A DNA stretch of 64,000 bases. It comes from Candidatus Latescibacterota bacterium. Its GTDB lineage: Bacteria; Latescibacterota; UBA2968; UBA8231. The translations under genes were made by a program, and so were the position numbers. Positions 20,901-29,981 of this stretch are shown here, piece by piece (within the stretch, counting starts at the first letter, position 1; the number at the start of each line of letters is the position of its first letter). The DNA is taken from assembly GCA_965223905.1 (NCBI GenBank), contig CBDCXV010000011.1, forward strand, positions 2,080,001 to 2,144,000. Reading direction: 5' to 3'. The notes beneath the pieces are model-generated. The model was not told where the DNA came from and did not search any database. It saw only the letters and a list, made by a program, of their open reading frames with translations.

Positions 20901-20997
20901 TGACGATCGGGGCCGCCCCCTGGCCAGCGGGGTGTACCTGTATCGGCTGGTGACTGACGAGCGCGTTCAGACCCGGAAACTCACCCTGCTGCGGTAG
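17986..20997 (+). CDS. Array member 4: secreted WD40 / Ig / dockerin-like / T9SS-like-tail protein lacking the peptidase
   Basis: N-terminal hydrophobic segment, then VGVGT...WLLPDGAIIRLGKG, WD40 repeats, two Ig repeats and the tail. Confidence 0.85.
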   Translation: MTIPNLRSVLFVSLILSFPPTAGKTASNDVGVGTPGLETMGGDFQTWLLPDGAIIRLGKGDISSDDKAVYFFPDGQRLAVESTAGIWLYDVQTFRPLALMPTYLRGLAGRDKISYTPDMTTLAFGFGYFIQLWDVATRTNTSTFYFQDRITSVALSSDGTILASGVSSGAIKLWDLETGADTAILDHGSRITCLAFSPDGTTLASGGAEKNLVKLWNASTGANTSTLEGHGGTITSLTFSPDGTALASGSHDQTVRVWDVGTGTNTAILEGHGYIVTSVAFSPDGGNLISGEDAVTDTGLEDAAVRLWNVVTETQIATFSPHGYHISSVAYAPDGTTIASGSSSDGTVKLWDIATGNSVSLPGHTNEITTLAFSPDGTTIASGSWSDGTVKLWDIATGNSVSLPGHTDDILTVAFSSDGATLAAGTGRAIKLWNTEIREPIGTLNGHMSRVRSVSFSPDGVTLASGSNDNTVKLWDVASGKNIATLEGHTDVVHQVLFSPDGATLASAGRDGTVILWHVRTRNRIAALEGPMYGVNSVAFSPDLPILAAASNDGTIKLWNMETLVIVATFDGHLNAANSVSFSPDGTTLASAGGKAILWDVESGEQIVGLDGHVFEINSVSFSPDGFILATGSQDGMILLWDLQPPQPQTVAKLFGDDQQGLPGSTLPEPLVVSVLDENGAAFDGAVVTFSVAAGGGTLSATTAITDASGRAAVTLTLGSDPGRNTVAVKVADLKPVIFSATAQAIPTSIAKVSGDEQEGPAGAALVEPFVVVVRDQIDNPFEGTQVTFTVTAGDGTLSSTTATTDDKGRAASTLTLGLPGAHSVTVSVAGLDPVTFTATAEATPDFDGDGETGFSDFFLFADAFGGSDPRFDLDGSGSVDFGDFFLFADHFGDPALGKLLALARERIGLPDGPQLRQNAPNPFNSETVISWFLLRPGPARVEVYALTGQRVAVLHQGLKNAGVHRVHWDGHDDRGRPLASGVYLYRLVTDERVQTRKLTLLR
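19015..19202 (+). repeat. Near-identical adjacent WD40-unit duplication (126-bp period)
   Basis: 19015-19076 and 19141-19202 match at 61 of 62 nt. Confidence 0.9.
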
Positions 20998-21072
20998 GCG
21001 CCCCGACAACCCGGTGCCACCGCCCCTGAGCCCGCAGCCCATGGATAGGGAAAACCGAAGGAGCCCCACCCC

Positions 21073-24000
21073 ATGAAAGCCCCCGTCATTCGTTCCGCCT
21101 TTTTCGCTTTGCTCGGTTTCCTTCCAGCACCCCCGGCGCTCGTTCATGCATCACCTCCACTTGCCGACAGCCTGCATTTCTGCAAGCTGCTCGATTTCGA
21201 TCAGGAGCGGCTCGATACCAACGCTGCGGCCAAGCGGCTGGCGGATCTCGACACTGGCGAACCCCTGACCGTGCGAATGATCTACTTCCTGCCCAACGAC
21301 CGGCCGTACCAAGCCAGTGTAGTCGATTCCATGAAGACGACGATCCGTCAGATCCAGACCTTTTATTCCGAGCAGATGCAGGCGCATGGCTACGGCGAGA
21401 AAACCTTCCGTTTCGAGACCGACGACCAGGAAGAGCCGCTGGTTCACCAGGTCGATGGGCGACACCCGGATAGTCATTATTCCGACGAGGGGAAAAGTGT
21501 TATTGCCGAGATAGAAGAAGCATTTGATGTCCTTAAGAATGTTTACTTCATCGTAATTGATAATGATCACCATACAATCAACCCTGGCAGCAGGGTGCTG
21601 GGTATCGCACACTCGCTCGGGAAAAATGGTGGAATGGCATTGGTTACTGATGAATTCAGCTTTGCAATCGCAACACATGAGCTTGCACATGCCTTCGGGG
21701 TAGTTTGGCACGATTTCCGGGATGGAACTTATATCATGTCATATGGTCCGGGATGGAACGAGTTATCCCCGTGCCATGCGGAATTTCTGACTGTGCATCC
21801 CTACTTCAATCCAGGTGTGGAAGCCCAGGCCGCCCCACCTCCAACCATCGAACTCTTGTCGCCGACTACGTACCCGGGCGGAACAGAGAGCGTTTCCATA
21901 GAGATGAAGGTCAGCGATTCTGATGGACTTCATCAGGTGTACCTGTTCACCGGATCGAATGAATTGAAGGTGTGTCGTGGATTTGCCGGTGAAACAGAGA
22001 CCGTCGTCGAATTCGATTATGATGGCGTCATACCATCCAATCCACGCAGAAATTTTTCCACCCTTGCTTTACATTCGCTTCGCGTCGCCGCAGTCGATAC
22101 TGAAGGGAATGTGGGCTGGACGTCTTTTGAACTTCGGGAGCTTTCCAGGCAGCACATCGCCACCCTCTCCGGTGTGAGTGCGGTCCGATCGGTTTCGTTT
22201 TCGCCCGACGGGACTACCCTCGCTTGCGGAACAGAGGATGGCGTAGAGATCTGGGACGTTGCAACACGCCAAACCCTCACCCTTCTCGAGCAATCAGGCA
22301 AGGTAATGTCCGTTGCGTTTTCATCCGATGGAACCAAGCTCGCCAGCGGATCAACGTACGGCACGATTGAGCTTTGGGAGAATTCGACCTGGAGCAATAT
22401 CGCGACTCTGGAATCGCAAAACCCCATCTATTCGGTTGCCTTTTCACCCTCCGGCACAACCGTCGCTTCGGGAACCAGTGCAGGAATCGAGCTGTGGGAC
22501 GTAGAGTCGCGGGCGAATATCGCCACCCTTGAAGGACATACAGGCCGGGTCTCTTCTGTGTCGTTTTCACTGGACGGGGCCATGCTGGCTTCCGGGTCGG
22601 AGGATGGTACGGTCAAGCTCTGGGATCTTCCCGCCGGAACCCATACCGCCACCCCCGAAGGACATGCTCAGCCGGTCTTTGTCGTGGGATTTTCGCCTGA
22701 GGGAACCTTGCTGGCTTCCGGGTCGGAGGATGGTACGGTCAAGCTCTGGGATATCGAGAAACGAGCGATCATCTCCACCCTATACAACAGGACAGGAGTT
22801 ACTTCGATTTCATTCTCACCTGACGGGGCAACCCTCGCTTCCGGTTGCCAGGATAACACGATCAAGCTGTGGGACGTTTTGACAGAGGAATATGTCACCA
22901 CCCTCGCCGGCCATACCGGGTGGATTTCTTCGGTGGCGTTTTCACCCAACGGGGTAATGCTTGCTTCCGGGTCGTTGGACAACACGATAAAACTGTGGGA
23001 TGCCTCCGAACGGATGCAGCCTCGTCCCCGCACGATTGTGAAGATCTCGGGCGACAATCAGGAGGGTACCGCCGGTTTGGATTTGGCGGATCCTTATGTG
23101 GTTGAAGTCAGGGATCAGTACGGCAATCCGTTGCAAGGGGTTCGGGTTTCTTTTTCAATCAAGTCAGGTGGAGGAAAGCTCGGTGGGAGGTCCGATGAAG
23201 AAGTCGCAGTTTCCGATGAAGACGGCAGGACGCGGAGCATCCTCACCCTTGGACCCAATCCGGGGAACAATACCGTGGAGGTATCTGTCCGCGGGCTTGA
23301 GCCTTTGATCTTTCACTCGGTGGGAATCGGAACTCCTGGTTCTCTTACAGTGGGTGAAAATCAGACATGGCATTTACCCGAAGGAGCGATCGCACGATTG
23401 GGAAAAGGACGCCTCAGTCAAGTGGACAAGGCGATTGCCTTCTCACCCGGAGGCCAGCGCCTCGCGGTGGTAAGCAGCCTCGGCATCTGGCTATATGATG
23501 TGACGACCCTTCGTCCTATGGCACTTCTTCCCGCTGATCTGGCCTCGAGAGGGTCCCTGGCGTTTTCCCCGGACGGAACAGCACTCGCTTTCAGCGACCG
23601 TCGTACAATCAGACTGTGGGACCTTGCGACAGCTGAAGTCATCGCAACCATGGGGGGGAGATCGGCTTCTCCTCCGGCTTTTTCACCGGACGGAAATACC
23701 CTCGCTTCCGGGTTATGGGATGGTACGATCGAGTTGTGGGACGTGGCGACAGGAGAACCCGTGGCCACCCTGGAGGGGCATAGGGATGGAGTCCTCTCCG
23801 TGGCCTTCTCCCCTGATGGTACGGCGCTCGCTTCCGGGTCATGGGATCGTCAGATCCGGCTGTGGGACCTGGGAACAGGGGAAACTACCTCAACCCTGAA
23901 GGGGCATGGGGACCATGTCGAGTCCGTGGCGTTCTCCCCTGACGGGACCCTGCTCACTTCCGGGTCATGGGACGGAACTGCCCAGGTATGGGATGTGGGG

Positions 24001-26802
24001 ACCGGGCGCAATACCATCCTGTTCAGGTCGGGTCGCTTTGTCGAGTCCGTGGCATTTTCTCCGGATGGCAGAACAATCGCTTTTTCGTTGTCAATTGGAA
24101 CTGTTTTTGTATGGGATGTGGCGACGGCAACCAATACGGCCATCCTGGAAGGACATAAGGGTTGGGTCACTTCTGTAGCTTTTTCCTCTAATGGGACCCT
24201 CGCTTCCGGATCGTGGGAGGATGGTACAGTCAAGCTGTGGGACCTCACGACGGGGAAAGCCGCCACCATAGGGGGATTTACGGATGGTGTCCAGTCTGTC
24301 GCTTTTTCACCCAATGCGACAACCCTCGCTTCCGGATCAGCGAATTACGATTACACGATCAACCTGTGGGAGGTGGCGACAGGATTGAACACCGCCTCAT
24401 TTGACGGGCATAAGGGACTGGTTAAGTCCCTAGCGTTTTCGCCCGACGGAACGATCCTTGCTTCCGCTTCATCGGACATGGCCGTCAAGCTGTGGGACGT
24501 TGCCACCGGTACCAATACCGCCACTCTGGAAGGGCATACCGGTCGGGTCACCTCTGTGTCAATTTCCCCCGACGGAACCACCCTTGTTTCCGGTTCGGAA
24601 GACCGGGTAGTCAAGCTGTGGGACCTGGCCTCGCGTACAATTACCGCCACTCTGGAAGGGCATACCGGTCCGGTCACCTCTGTGTCAATTTCCCCCGATG
24701 GATCAACACTTGCCTCCGGTTCTGAGGACCGAACAGTCAGACTGTGGGACGTGCCGACCCAGACCAATTCTGCCACTCTGGAGGGGCATACAGATGAGGT
24801 TCTCTCTGTGGCTTTTTCTCCTGACGGTACAACTCTTGCTTCCGGAGGGGCAAACGATCTTCCGATTCGTATATGGGATTTGGCCTTGAGGAAACCTGCC
24901 CACCTCCTCAGGGAGAATACCGACCAGGTCAACTCACTAGTGTTTTCGCCGGATGGCACTTCCCTCGCTTCCGGGGGAGGGCGCACGATTAGGATTTGGG
25001 ACGTGGGGAAGGCAATCAATACCGCTTTCTTCGAGCATACGTCTATCGTCGAAACCGTGGCGTTCTCGCCCGACGGGACGGTCCTTGCCTCCGGAGGAAC
25101 TGATGGCACGGTTCTGCTGTGGGATGTGGAGCTTCTTCTTCCGCAGCCCCGGGTTCTTGTAAAGCTCGCAGGCTTTCGCCAGAAAGGTCTTCCCAAGGAA
25201 CAATTGGCTCCGTTTGTCGTTGGAGTCAGGGATCAGTACCGCAATCCGTTCGAAGGTGCGGAGGTCACCTTTCTAATCGCTTCTGGAGGTGGTACGCTGT
25301 CCCGTACTACCGTCATCAGCGATGCCAACGGCCGCGCCTCCACCACCCTTACCCTAGGCCCCGATTCCGGGGCAAATACCGTAGAAGCATCTGTCGCCGG
25401 GGCGGACCCGGTGATCTTCAATGCCACCGGAATCCCCCTGACTCTGAAAAAGGTCTCCGGCGATGAGCAGAAGGGACCGGTAGGGGTTCAATTGGAGCAC
25501 CCTTTGGTGGTTTCCGTACTGGATCAGGATGGGAATCCGTTCTCGGGGGTAAATGTCACCTTTGCTGTCACTGGTGGCGGAGGGACCCTGTCAACCACCA
25601 TCGCCACTACCCAAGGAAACGGACGCGCCGCGAGCATCCTCACCTTGGGGTCCAATCCCGGGACAAACACCGTCGAAGTTTCGGTGGCTGGAGGGGCCCA
25701 CCTGACTTTCACTGCTGTTGCGATGGGGATTCCCAAGACCCTGACCAAGCTCTCCGGCGATGAGCAGCAGGGACCGGCAGGGGCCGCTTTGGCCGACTCC
25801 TTCGTGGTCGAGGTCAGAGACCGAAACAACAATCCGCTCGAAGGTGCCCAAGTCACCTTCACGGTCACCAAAGGGGAAGGGACCCTCTCCACAACCACCG
25901 CCATCACCGATACCAGCGGACGTGCTGCAAGCGCCCTTACCCTGGGAAGCGAGCCGGGGATCAACATAGTCTTGGCAAGGACCCCCATGCTCCTGCCGGT
26001 GTCCTTCACCGCTGTCGGTATTGCGGTTCCCCAAAGCCTGACAAAATTCTCCGGCGATGAGCAGCAAGGACCGGCCTGGGCTCCGTTAGTCCATCCGTTT
26101 GTCATTGTTGTCAGGGATCAGCAAGGCAAGCCTCTCGAAGGGGCCACTGTCACTTTCGCGGTCACCACCGGCGGTGGGACTCTCTCGGCCACCACGGCCA
26201 CCACCGATGCCGACGGCCGCGCCGCCACTACCCTCACTCTGGGCCGGCCAGGGGCCAGCACCGTCACCGTATCCCTGGCCGGCCTCGACCCCGTGACCTT
26301 CACCGCCACCGCGGAAGCCACGCCCGACTTCGACGGCGACGGCGAGACCGGCTTCGCCGACTTCTTCCTCTTCGCCGACGCCTTCGGCGGCAGCGACCCC
26401 CGCTTCGACCTCGACGGCAGCGGTTCAGTTGATTTCGGGGATTTCTTCCTCTTCGCCGACCACTTCCGGGATCCGGCCCGCGGCAAGCTCCTTGCCCTGG
26501 CCCGGGAGATGATCGGTCTGCCCGACGGGCCGCAGCTGCAGCAGAACGCCCCCAACCCCTTCAACAGCGAAACCCTCATCTCCTGGTTTCAGCTGAGACC
26601 GGGTTTCGCGCGAGTGGAAGTGTTCGCCCTGACCGGGCAGCGGGTGGCGGTGCTGCACCAGGGATCGAAGAAGGCGGGGGTCCACCGGGTGCACTGGGAC
26701 GGGCGCGACGATCAGGGCCGGCCCCTGGCCAGCGGGGTATATCTGTACCGATTGGTCACAACTGAGAGCGCTCAGACCCGCAAGCTCACCCTGCTGCGGT
26801 GA
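21073..26802 (+). CDS. Array member 5: full-length secreted metallopeptidase-WD40-Ig-dockerin-like-T9SS-like-tail protein
   Basis: Signal peptide; HELAHAFGVVWH...YIMSY; two WD40 blocks; five Ig repeats; tail RKLTLLR. Confidence 0.85.
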   Translation: MKAPVIRSAFFALLGFLPAPPALVHASPPLADSLHFCKLLDFDQERLDTNAAAKRLADLDTGEPLTVRMIYFLPNDRPYQASVVDSMKTTIRQIQTFYSEQMQAHGYGEKTFRFETDDQEEPLVHQVDGRHPDSHYSDEGKSVIAEIEEAFDVLKNVYFIVIDNDHHTINPGSRVLGIAHSLGKNGGMALVTDEFSFAIATHELAHAFGVVWHDFRDGTYIMSYGPGWNELSPCHAEFLTVHPYFNPGVEAQAAPPPTIELLSPTTYPGGTESVSIEMKVSDSDGLHQVYLFTGSNELKVCRGFAGETETVVEFDYDGVIPSNPRRNFSTLALHSLRVAAVDTEGNVGWTSFELRELSRQHIATLSGVSAVRSVSFSPDGTTLACGTEDGVEIWDVATRQTLTLLEQSGKVMSVAFSSDGTKLASGSTYGTIELWENSTWSNIATLESQNPIYSVAFSPSGTTVASGTSAGIELWDVESRANIATLEGHTGRVSSVSFSLDGAMLASGSEDGTVKLWDLPAGTHTATPEGHAQPVFVVGFSPEGTLLASGSEDGTVKLWDIEKRAIISTLYNRTGVTSISFSPDGATLASGCQDNTIKLWDVLTEEYVTTLAGHTGWISSVAFSPNGVMLASGSLDNTIKLWDASERMQPRPRTIVKISGDNQEGTAGLDLADPYVVEVRDQYGNPLQGVRVSFSIKSGGGKLGGRSDEEVAVSDEDGRTRSILTLGPNPGNNTVEVSVRGLEPLIFHSVGIGTPGSLTVGENQTWHLPEGAIARLGKGRLSQVDKAIAFSPGGQRLAVVSSLGIWLYDVTTLRPMALLPADLASRGSLAFSPDGTALAFSDRRTIRLWDLATAEVIATMGGRSASPPAFSPDGNTLASGLWDGTIELWDVATGEPVATLEGHRDGVLSVAFSPDGTALASGSWDRQIRLWDLGTGETTSTLKGHGDHVESVAFSPDGTLLTSGSWDGTAQVWDVGTGRNTILFRSGRFVESVAFSPDGRTIAFSLSIGTVFVWDVATATNTAILEGHKGWVTSVAFSSNGTLASGSWEDGTVKLWDLTTGKAATIGGFTDGVQSVAFSPNATTLASGSANYDYTINLWEVATGLNTASFDGHKGLVKSLAFSPDGTILASASSDMAVKLWDVATGTNTATLEGHTGRVTSVSISPDGTTLVSGSEDRVVKLWDLASRTITATLEGHTGPVTSVSISPDGSTLASGSEDRTVRLWDVPTQTNSATLEGHTDEVLSVAFSPDGTTLASGGANDLPIRIWDLALRKPAHLLRENTDQVNSLVFSPDGTSLASGGGRTIRIWDVGKAINTAFFEHTSIVETVAFSPDGTVLASGGTDGTVLLWDVELLLPQPRVLVKLAGFRQKGLPKEQLAPFVVGVRDQYRNPFEGAEVTFLIASGGGTLSRTTVISDANGRASTTLTLGPDSGANTVEASVAGADPVIFNATGIPLTLKKVSGDEQKGPVGVQLEHPLVVSVLDQDGNPFSGVNVTFAVTGGGGTLSTTIATTQGNGRAASILTLGSNPGTNTVEVSVAGGAHLTFTAVAMGIPKTLTKLSGDEQQGPAGAALADSFVVEVRDRNNNPLEGAQVTFTVTKGEGTLSTTTAITDTSGRAASALTLGSEPGINIVLARTPMLLPVSFTAVGIAVPQSLTKFSGDEQQGPAWAPLVHPFVIVVRDQQGKPLEGATVTFAVTTGGGTLSATTATTDADGRAATTLTLGRPGASTVTVSLAGLDPVTFTATAEATPDFDGDGETGFADFFLFADAFGGSDPRFDLDGSGSVDFGDFFLFADHFRDPARGKLLALAREMIGLPDGPQLQQNAPNPFNSETLISWFQLRPGFARVEVFALTGQRVAVLHQGSKKAGVHRVHWDGRDDQGRPLASGVYLYRLVTTESAQTRKLTLLR

Positions 26803-26919
26803 GGGGTATCCCAGGCTGAATCATCCGAGTATACTTCCGGAGCGAAGAGGCCGGGACGGAAGTAGGCACTCTTGCCAGGTTCAGGGAAAGTTTTCCTGCC
26901 TGCCCATTTGGAGGTTCCC

Positions 26920-27469
26920 ATGACGACCGCCGCCTTGATGACCGCAGACGAGTTGTTGTTGATGAAGGACGATGGTTTTCGCTACGAACTCGTCCGGGGA
27001 GAGTTGAGAAAAATGAGTCCGGCCGGCCATCGACACGGCAGAATCGCGCTCAATCTGACAGGGCCGCTTTTCCAGCACGTAAGGAAGTGGGATCTGGGAG
27101 CTGTATATGCGGCTGAAACCGGCTTCAAACTGGCCGCGGACCCCGATGTGGTGCGAGCCCCGGACGCGGCTTTCGTCCGGCGAGAGCGGGTCGAGGCGGT
27201 GGGCCAGACCCTAAGGATTCTGGCCGGGTGCACCCGACCTGGCCGCCGAGGTCCTCTCACCCGGCGAAACCTCCGCGGAGGTGGAGGACAAGATCGCCGA
27301 CTGGCTCGACGCCGGCACCCGCCTGGTCGTGGTGGTCGATCCGGACGATCAAACGGCAACCCTGTACCGCTCGCGCAAGGACATCCGCGTCCTGACCATC
27401 GACGGCGTAATCGATGGCGGGGAGGTTGTGCCCGACTGGACTCTTCCGGTGCGGGATATCTTCCTCTGA
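26920..27469 (+). pseudogene. Uma2 / DUF820 PD-(D/E)xK protein, frameshifted near 27211
   Basis: RYELVRGEL..MSPAG..HG and VRAPDAAFV, continuing in another frame as GFWPGAPDLAAEVLSP...DWLDAGTRLVVVVDP; may be a sequencing error. Confidence 0.75.
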
Positions 27470-27527
27470 AGCTGAACAGTCCTGTGTTGCGGTGGGACCG
27501 GGCGCAATTCATCCAGGGGAAAACAGT

Positions 27528-28088
27528 ATGACCACACAACCGCAGAGCCGCGCTTTCACGGTCGGGGAATACAACCGCATGGCCGAGGCGGACATCCTTA
27601 CCGAGGAGGATCGCGTTGAGCTCATCGCAGGTCAGATCGTCGCCATGAGTCCTATCGGGAGCCGACACGCCGCTTGCGTAAAACGTCTCAACCTGATGAT
27701 GGGGAAATCAGTCGGCGATTCCATGCTGATCGGCGTCCAGGATCCCATAGTCCTCGGAAAGTACTCCGAACCGGAGCCCGACCTGGTTCTGCTGCGTCCC
27801 CGCACCGACTTCTACGCAACGGCCCATCCGTCGTCTGCCGACGTGCTGCTTGTCGTCGAAGTCGCCGATACCTCGGCCACCTACGACCGCGAGGTCAAGC
27901 TGCCGCTCTACGCTGGGGCCGGCCTCACCGAGGTGTGGCTGATCGACCTGCAGGAAGGCAGCATCGAGGTGTACGCCCGTCCCCATGGCGGCGCGTACCA
28001 GGAGCGCGTCGAAGTCACGGCCGGCGCCATCCTCACTTCGCCGACGATCCCCCAACTCTCATTGGCCGCCGCGGACATGTTGGGCTGA
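27528..28088 (+). CDS. Uma2 / DUF820 family protein
   Basis: FTVGEYNRMAE..RVELIAG..MSPIGSRH, SEPEPDL, VEVADTS..YDREVKLPLYA. Confidence 0.9.
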   Translation: MTTQPQSRAFTVGEYNRMAEADILTEEDRVELIAGQIVAMSPIGSRHAACVKRLNLMMGKSVGDSMLIGVQDPIVLGKYSEPEPDLVLLRPRTDFYATAHPSSADVLLVVEVADTSATYDREVKLPLYAGAGLTEVWLIDLQEGSIEVYARPHGGAYQERVEVTAGAILTSPTIPQLSLAAADMLG

Positions 28089-28254
28089 GGTCACGTCCCC
28101 TTCTCACGCCCGATTCGGGAACGTAACCACGGCCCCCATAAATCGCTGGTCTCCACCATCCCCCAGCCGCAACCCGGATGGGCAGCAGCAGCTGACACCC
28201 CAGGCACGCCCTTGGCTCAAGGGCCGCGGTCTTTGCCCGCTGCTCGGGGGCGAG

Positions 28255-28345
28255 GATGGAGTTTCCTCCGTGGCGTTTTCCCCGGATGGCACCCTCCCCG
28301 CTTCCGGGTCGGATGATGGCACCGTCCGCATATGGGACGTGGCAA
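28255..28345 (+). pseudogene. Orphan single WD40 repeat remnant
   Basis: DGVSSVAFSPDGTLPASGSDDGTVRIWDVA in intergenic DNA. Confidence 0.75.
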
Positions 28346-28407
28346 AGGCAAACCCTGGCCAGGTTCTCGGCTTATCTTCTGAATGGCCCAATCGAAACAG
28401 AGGTGGT

Positions 28408-28716
28408 ATGACGGAGATACTGGAAAGCAGACTCGACGCTATAGCACAAGCCTGCAGACGGCATGGCGCAACCCGACTGGACGTTTTCGGATCGGCTTTG
28501 CGGGATGACTTCAAACCAGGTCAGAGCGACGTGGACCTACTGGTAGAACTTGGTCCGATGGAGCCGTATGCCCGGGTCGATGCCTACTTCGGACTGCTTG
28601 AAGATCTCAGGGACATTTTGGGAGGACATGTCGACCTGGTCGTTTCAGGAGCCCTGAAGAACCATTATATCGCCCGCGACATTGAGCGAACGAAGCAGTT
28701 GCTGTATGCCGCGTGA
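28408..28716 (+). CDS. MNT (minimal nucleotidyltransferase) antitoxin
   Basis: FGSALRDDF...SDVDLLV motif; ends ERTKQLLYAA; overlaps the HEPN gene. Confidence 0.9.
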   Translation: MTEILESRLDAIAQACRRHGATRLDVFGSALRDDFKPGQSDVDLLVELGPMEPYARVDAYFGLLEDLRDILGGHVDLVVSGALKNHYIARDIERTKQLLYAA

Positions 28717-29107
28717 CGAGAGGGCGTACCTGTCTGACGTGATCGAAGCGTGCGACGCGATCTCCGACGCAGTCCGGGACCTTGATCTCCAAGGCTACGA
28801 AGGCAACCGGCTCGTCCGGTCCTCGGTAGAGCGTGAGTTCATAATCATCGGGGAAGCTCTAGGGTCCCTTGGTCGCATGTCAGAGGAGATCTTCGGCAGC
28901 ATCACCCGAGCTCGCCGAATCGTGGACTTCCGAAATCAGCTGACTCATCAGTATCCAACTGTTGACGACGCTATTGTCTGGGCAATCATCGAGCGGGATG
29001 TTCCGGTGCTCCACCGTGAATGTGTGGGTCACCTTCATCGTCTAAGTACTCCCGATTTGGATACTGGGAACGACAGCCCCGATGGCAACCGTGAAGCAGA
29101 TTGTTGA
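28706..29107 (+). CDS. HepT / DUF86 HEPN ribonuclease toxin
   Basis: VEREFIIIGEA and Rx4H motif RNQLTHQY..VDDAIVW; coupled to MNT. Confidence 0.9.
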   Translation: MPRDERAYLSDVIEACDAISDAVRDLDLQGYEGNRLVRSSVEREFIIIGEALGSLGRMSEEIFGSITRARRIVDFRNQLTHQYPTVDDAIVWAIIERDVPVLHRECVGHLHRLSTPDLDTGNDSPDGNREADC

Positions 29108-29200
29108 AAGGTACAGGTGTACCTGCCACGCTCAAGGGAGGTTTTTTCCAGCCTTCCCTTATGGGGCTTTCCATTTCAACTGACGCTTGAGTTCTCCATC

Positions 29201-29878
29201 TCAGCCCCCCGGCCGCGGTTTCATCCCGGCCAGCAGCCTGCGGCGGTACTCCTCGCTGCCCAGCTCGTCCAGCCTGGCGCACTCCTCCTCCGACAGGAAG
29301 GAGGGGGTGCCGACCTGCAGTGCCCGCCACTGGATATCCGCCTGTTCCTCGATGGCGAGACTGCGGTAGAGCGCCTCCTTGATCGAGGCGCCCACGGTGA
29401 TGCTGCCGTGGTTGCGCAGCACCATGCCGACCACGCCCGGATCGGCGAACCCGTCGGTGACCGCCGCCGCCAGCTCCGGCGTGGTCACGGTTACGTAGTC
29501 GATATGCGGCACGTTGGCCCCGAGGTACACGTAGTAATCGGCGAACATCGGCCGCAGGTCGTGGCCGGCCGCGGTCAGGGCGATGGCGGTGCGCGGATGG
29601 GTGTGGATGACGGCCTCCAGCTCCGGGCGCGCGCGGTAGATCCCGAGGTGCATCAGCACCTCCGACGAAGGGCGTCTGCCGGGACTGACGATCTCCCCGC
29701 TGTCGATGTCGACGCAGGGATAGTCGGCCGCGGCCGCCTCGCCGAGGGAAAACCCGCTCGGCGAGATCCACATGCCGCCCCCCTCGCGGGCGCTGACGTT
29801 GCCGCCGGCCCCGGTGACGAGGCCGCTTTCGCTCAGGCCCCGCGCGGTTCTCACCAGCTCTTCGAGTATGGCGCTCAT
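29201..29878 (-). CDS. Class II aldolase/adducin family protein
   Basis: GGNVSAR, PSSE..MH..IY, HTHP and LRNHG motifs. Confidence 0.9.
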   Translation of the reverse strand: MSAILEELVRTARGLSESGLVTGAGGNVSAREGGGMWISPSGFSLGEAAAADYPCVDIDSGEIVSPGRRPSSEVLMHLGIYRARPELEAVIHTHPRTAIALTAAGHDLRPMFADYYVYLGANVPHIDYVTVTTPELAAAVTDGFADPGVVGMVLRNHGSITVGASIKEALYRSLAIEEQADIQWRALQVGTPSFLSEEECARLDELGSEEYRRRLLAGMKPRPGG

Positions 29879-29981
29879 TTCCACGTTGCTCCGATGTAGG
29901 GTTGACGGCTTCCTCGCGCGCAACTCCGTCTGAACGAGTGCCTGCGCCCACTATTCCGCGTGATTCGGCCGCCGCTGCATC

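Noticed and set aside
8300-25130. Periodic repeats as a CRISPR array or DGR template/variable pair
   Set aside because: Repeats are in-frame WD40 coding units; there are no spacers, cas genes or reverse transcriptase, and no adenine-specific mismatch pattern was evident
26803-29110. Integron cassette array
   Set aside because: A hairpin is present near 26830-26865, but there are no attC core sites and no integrase
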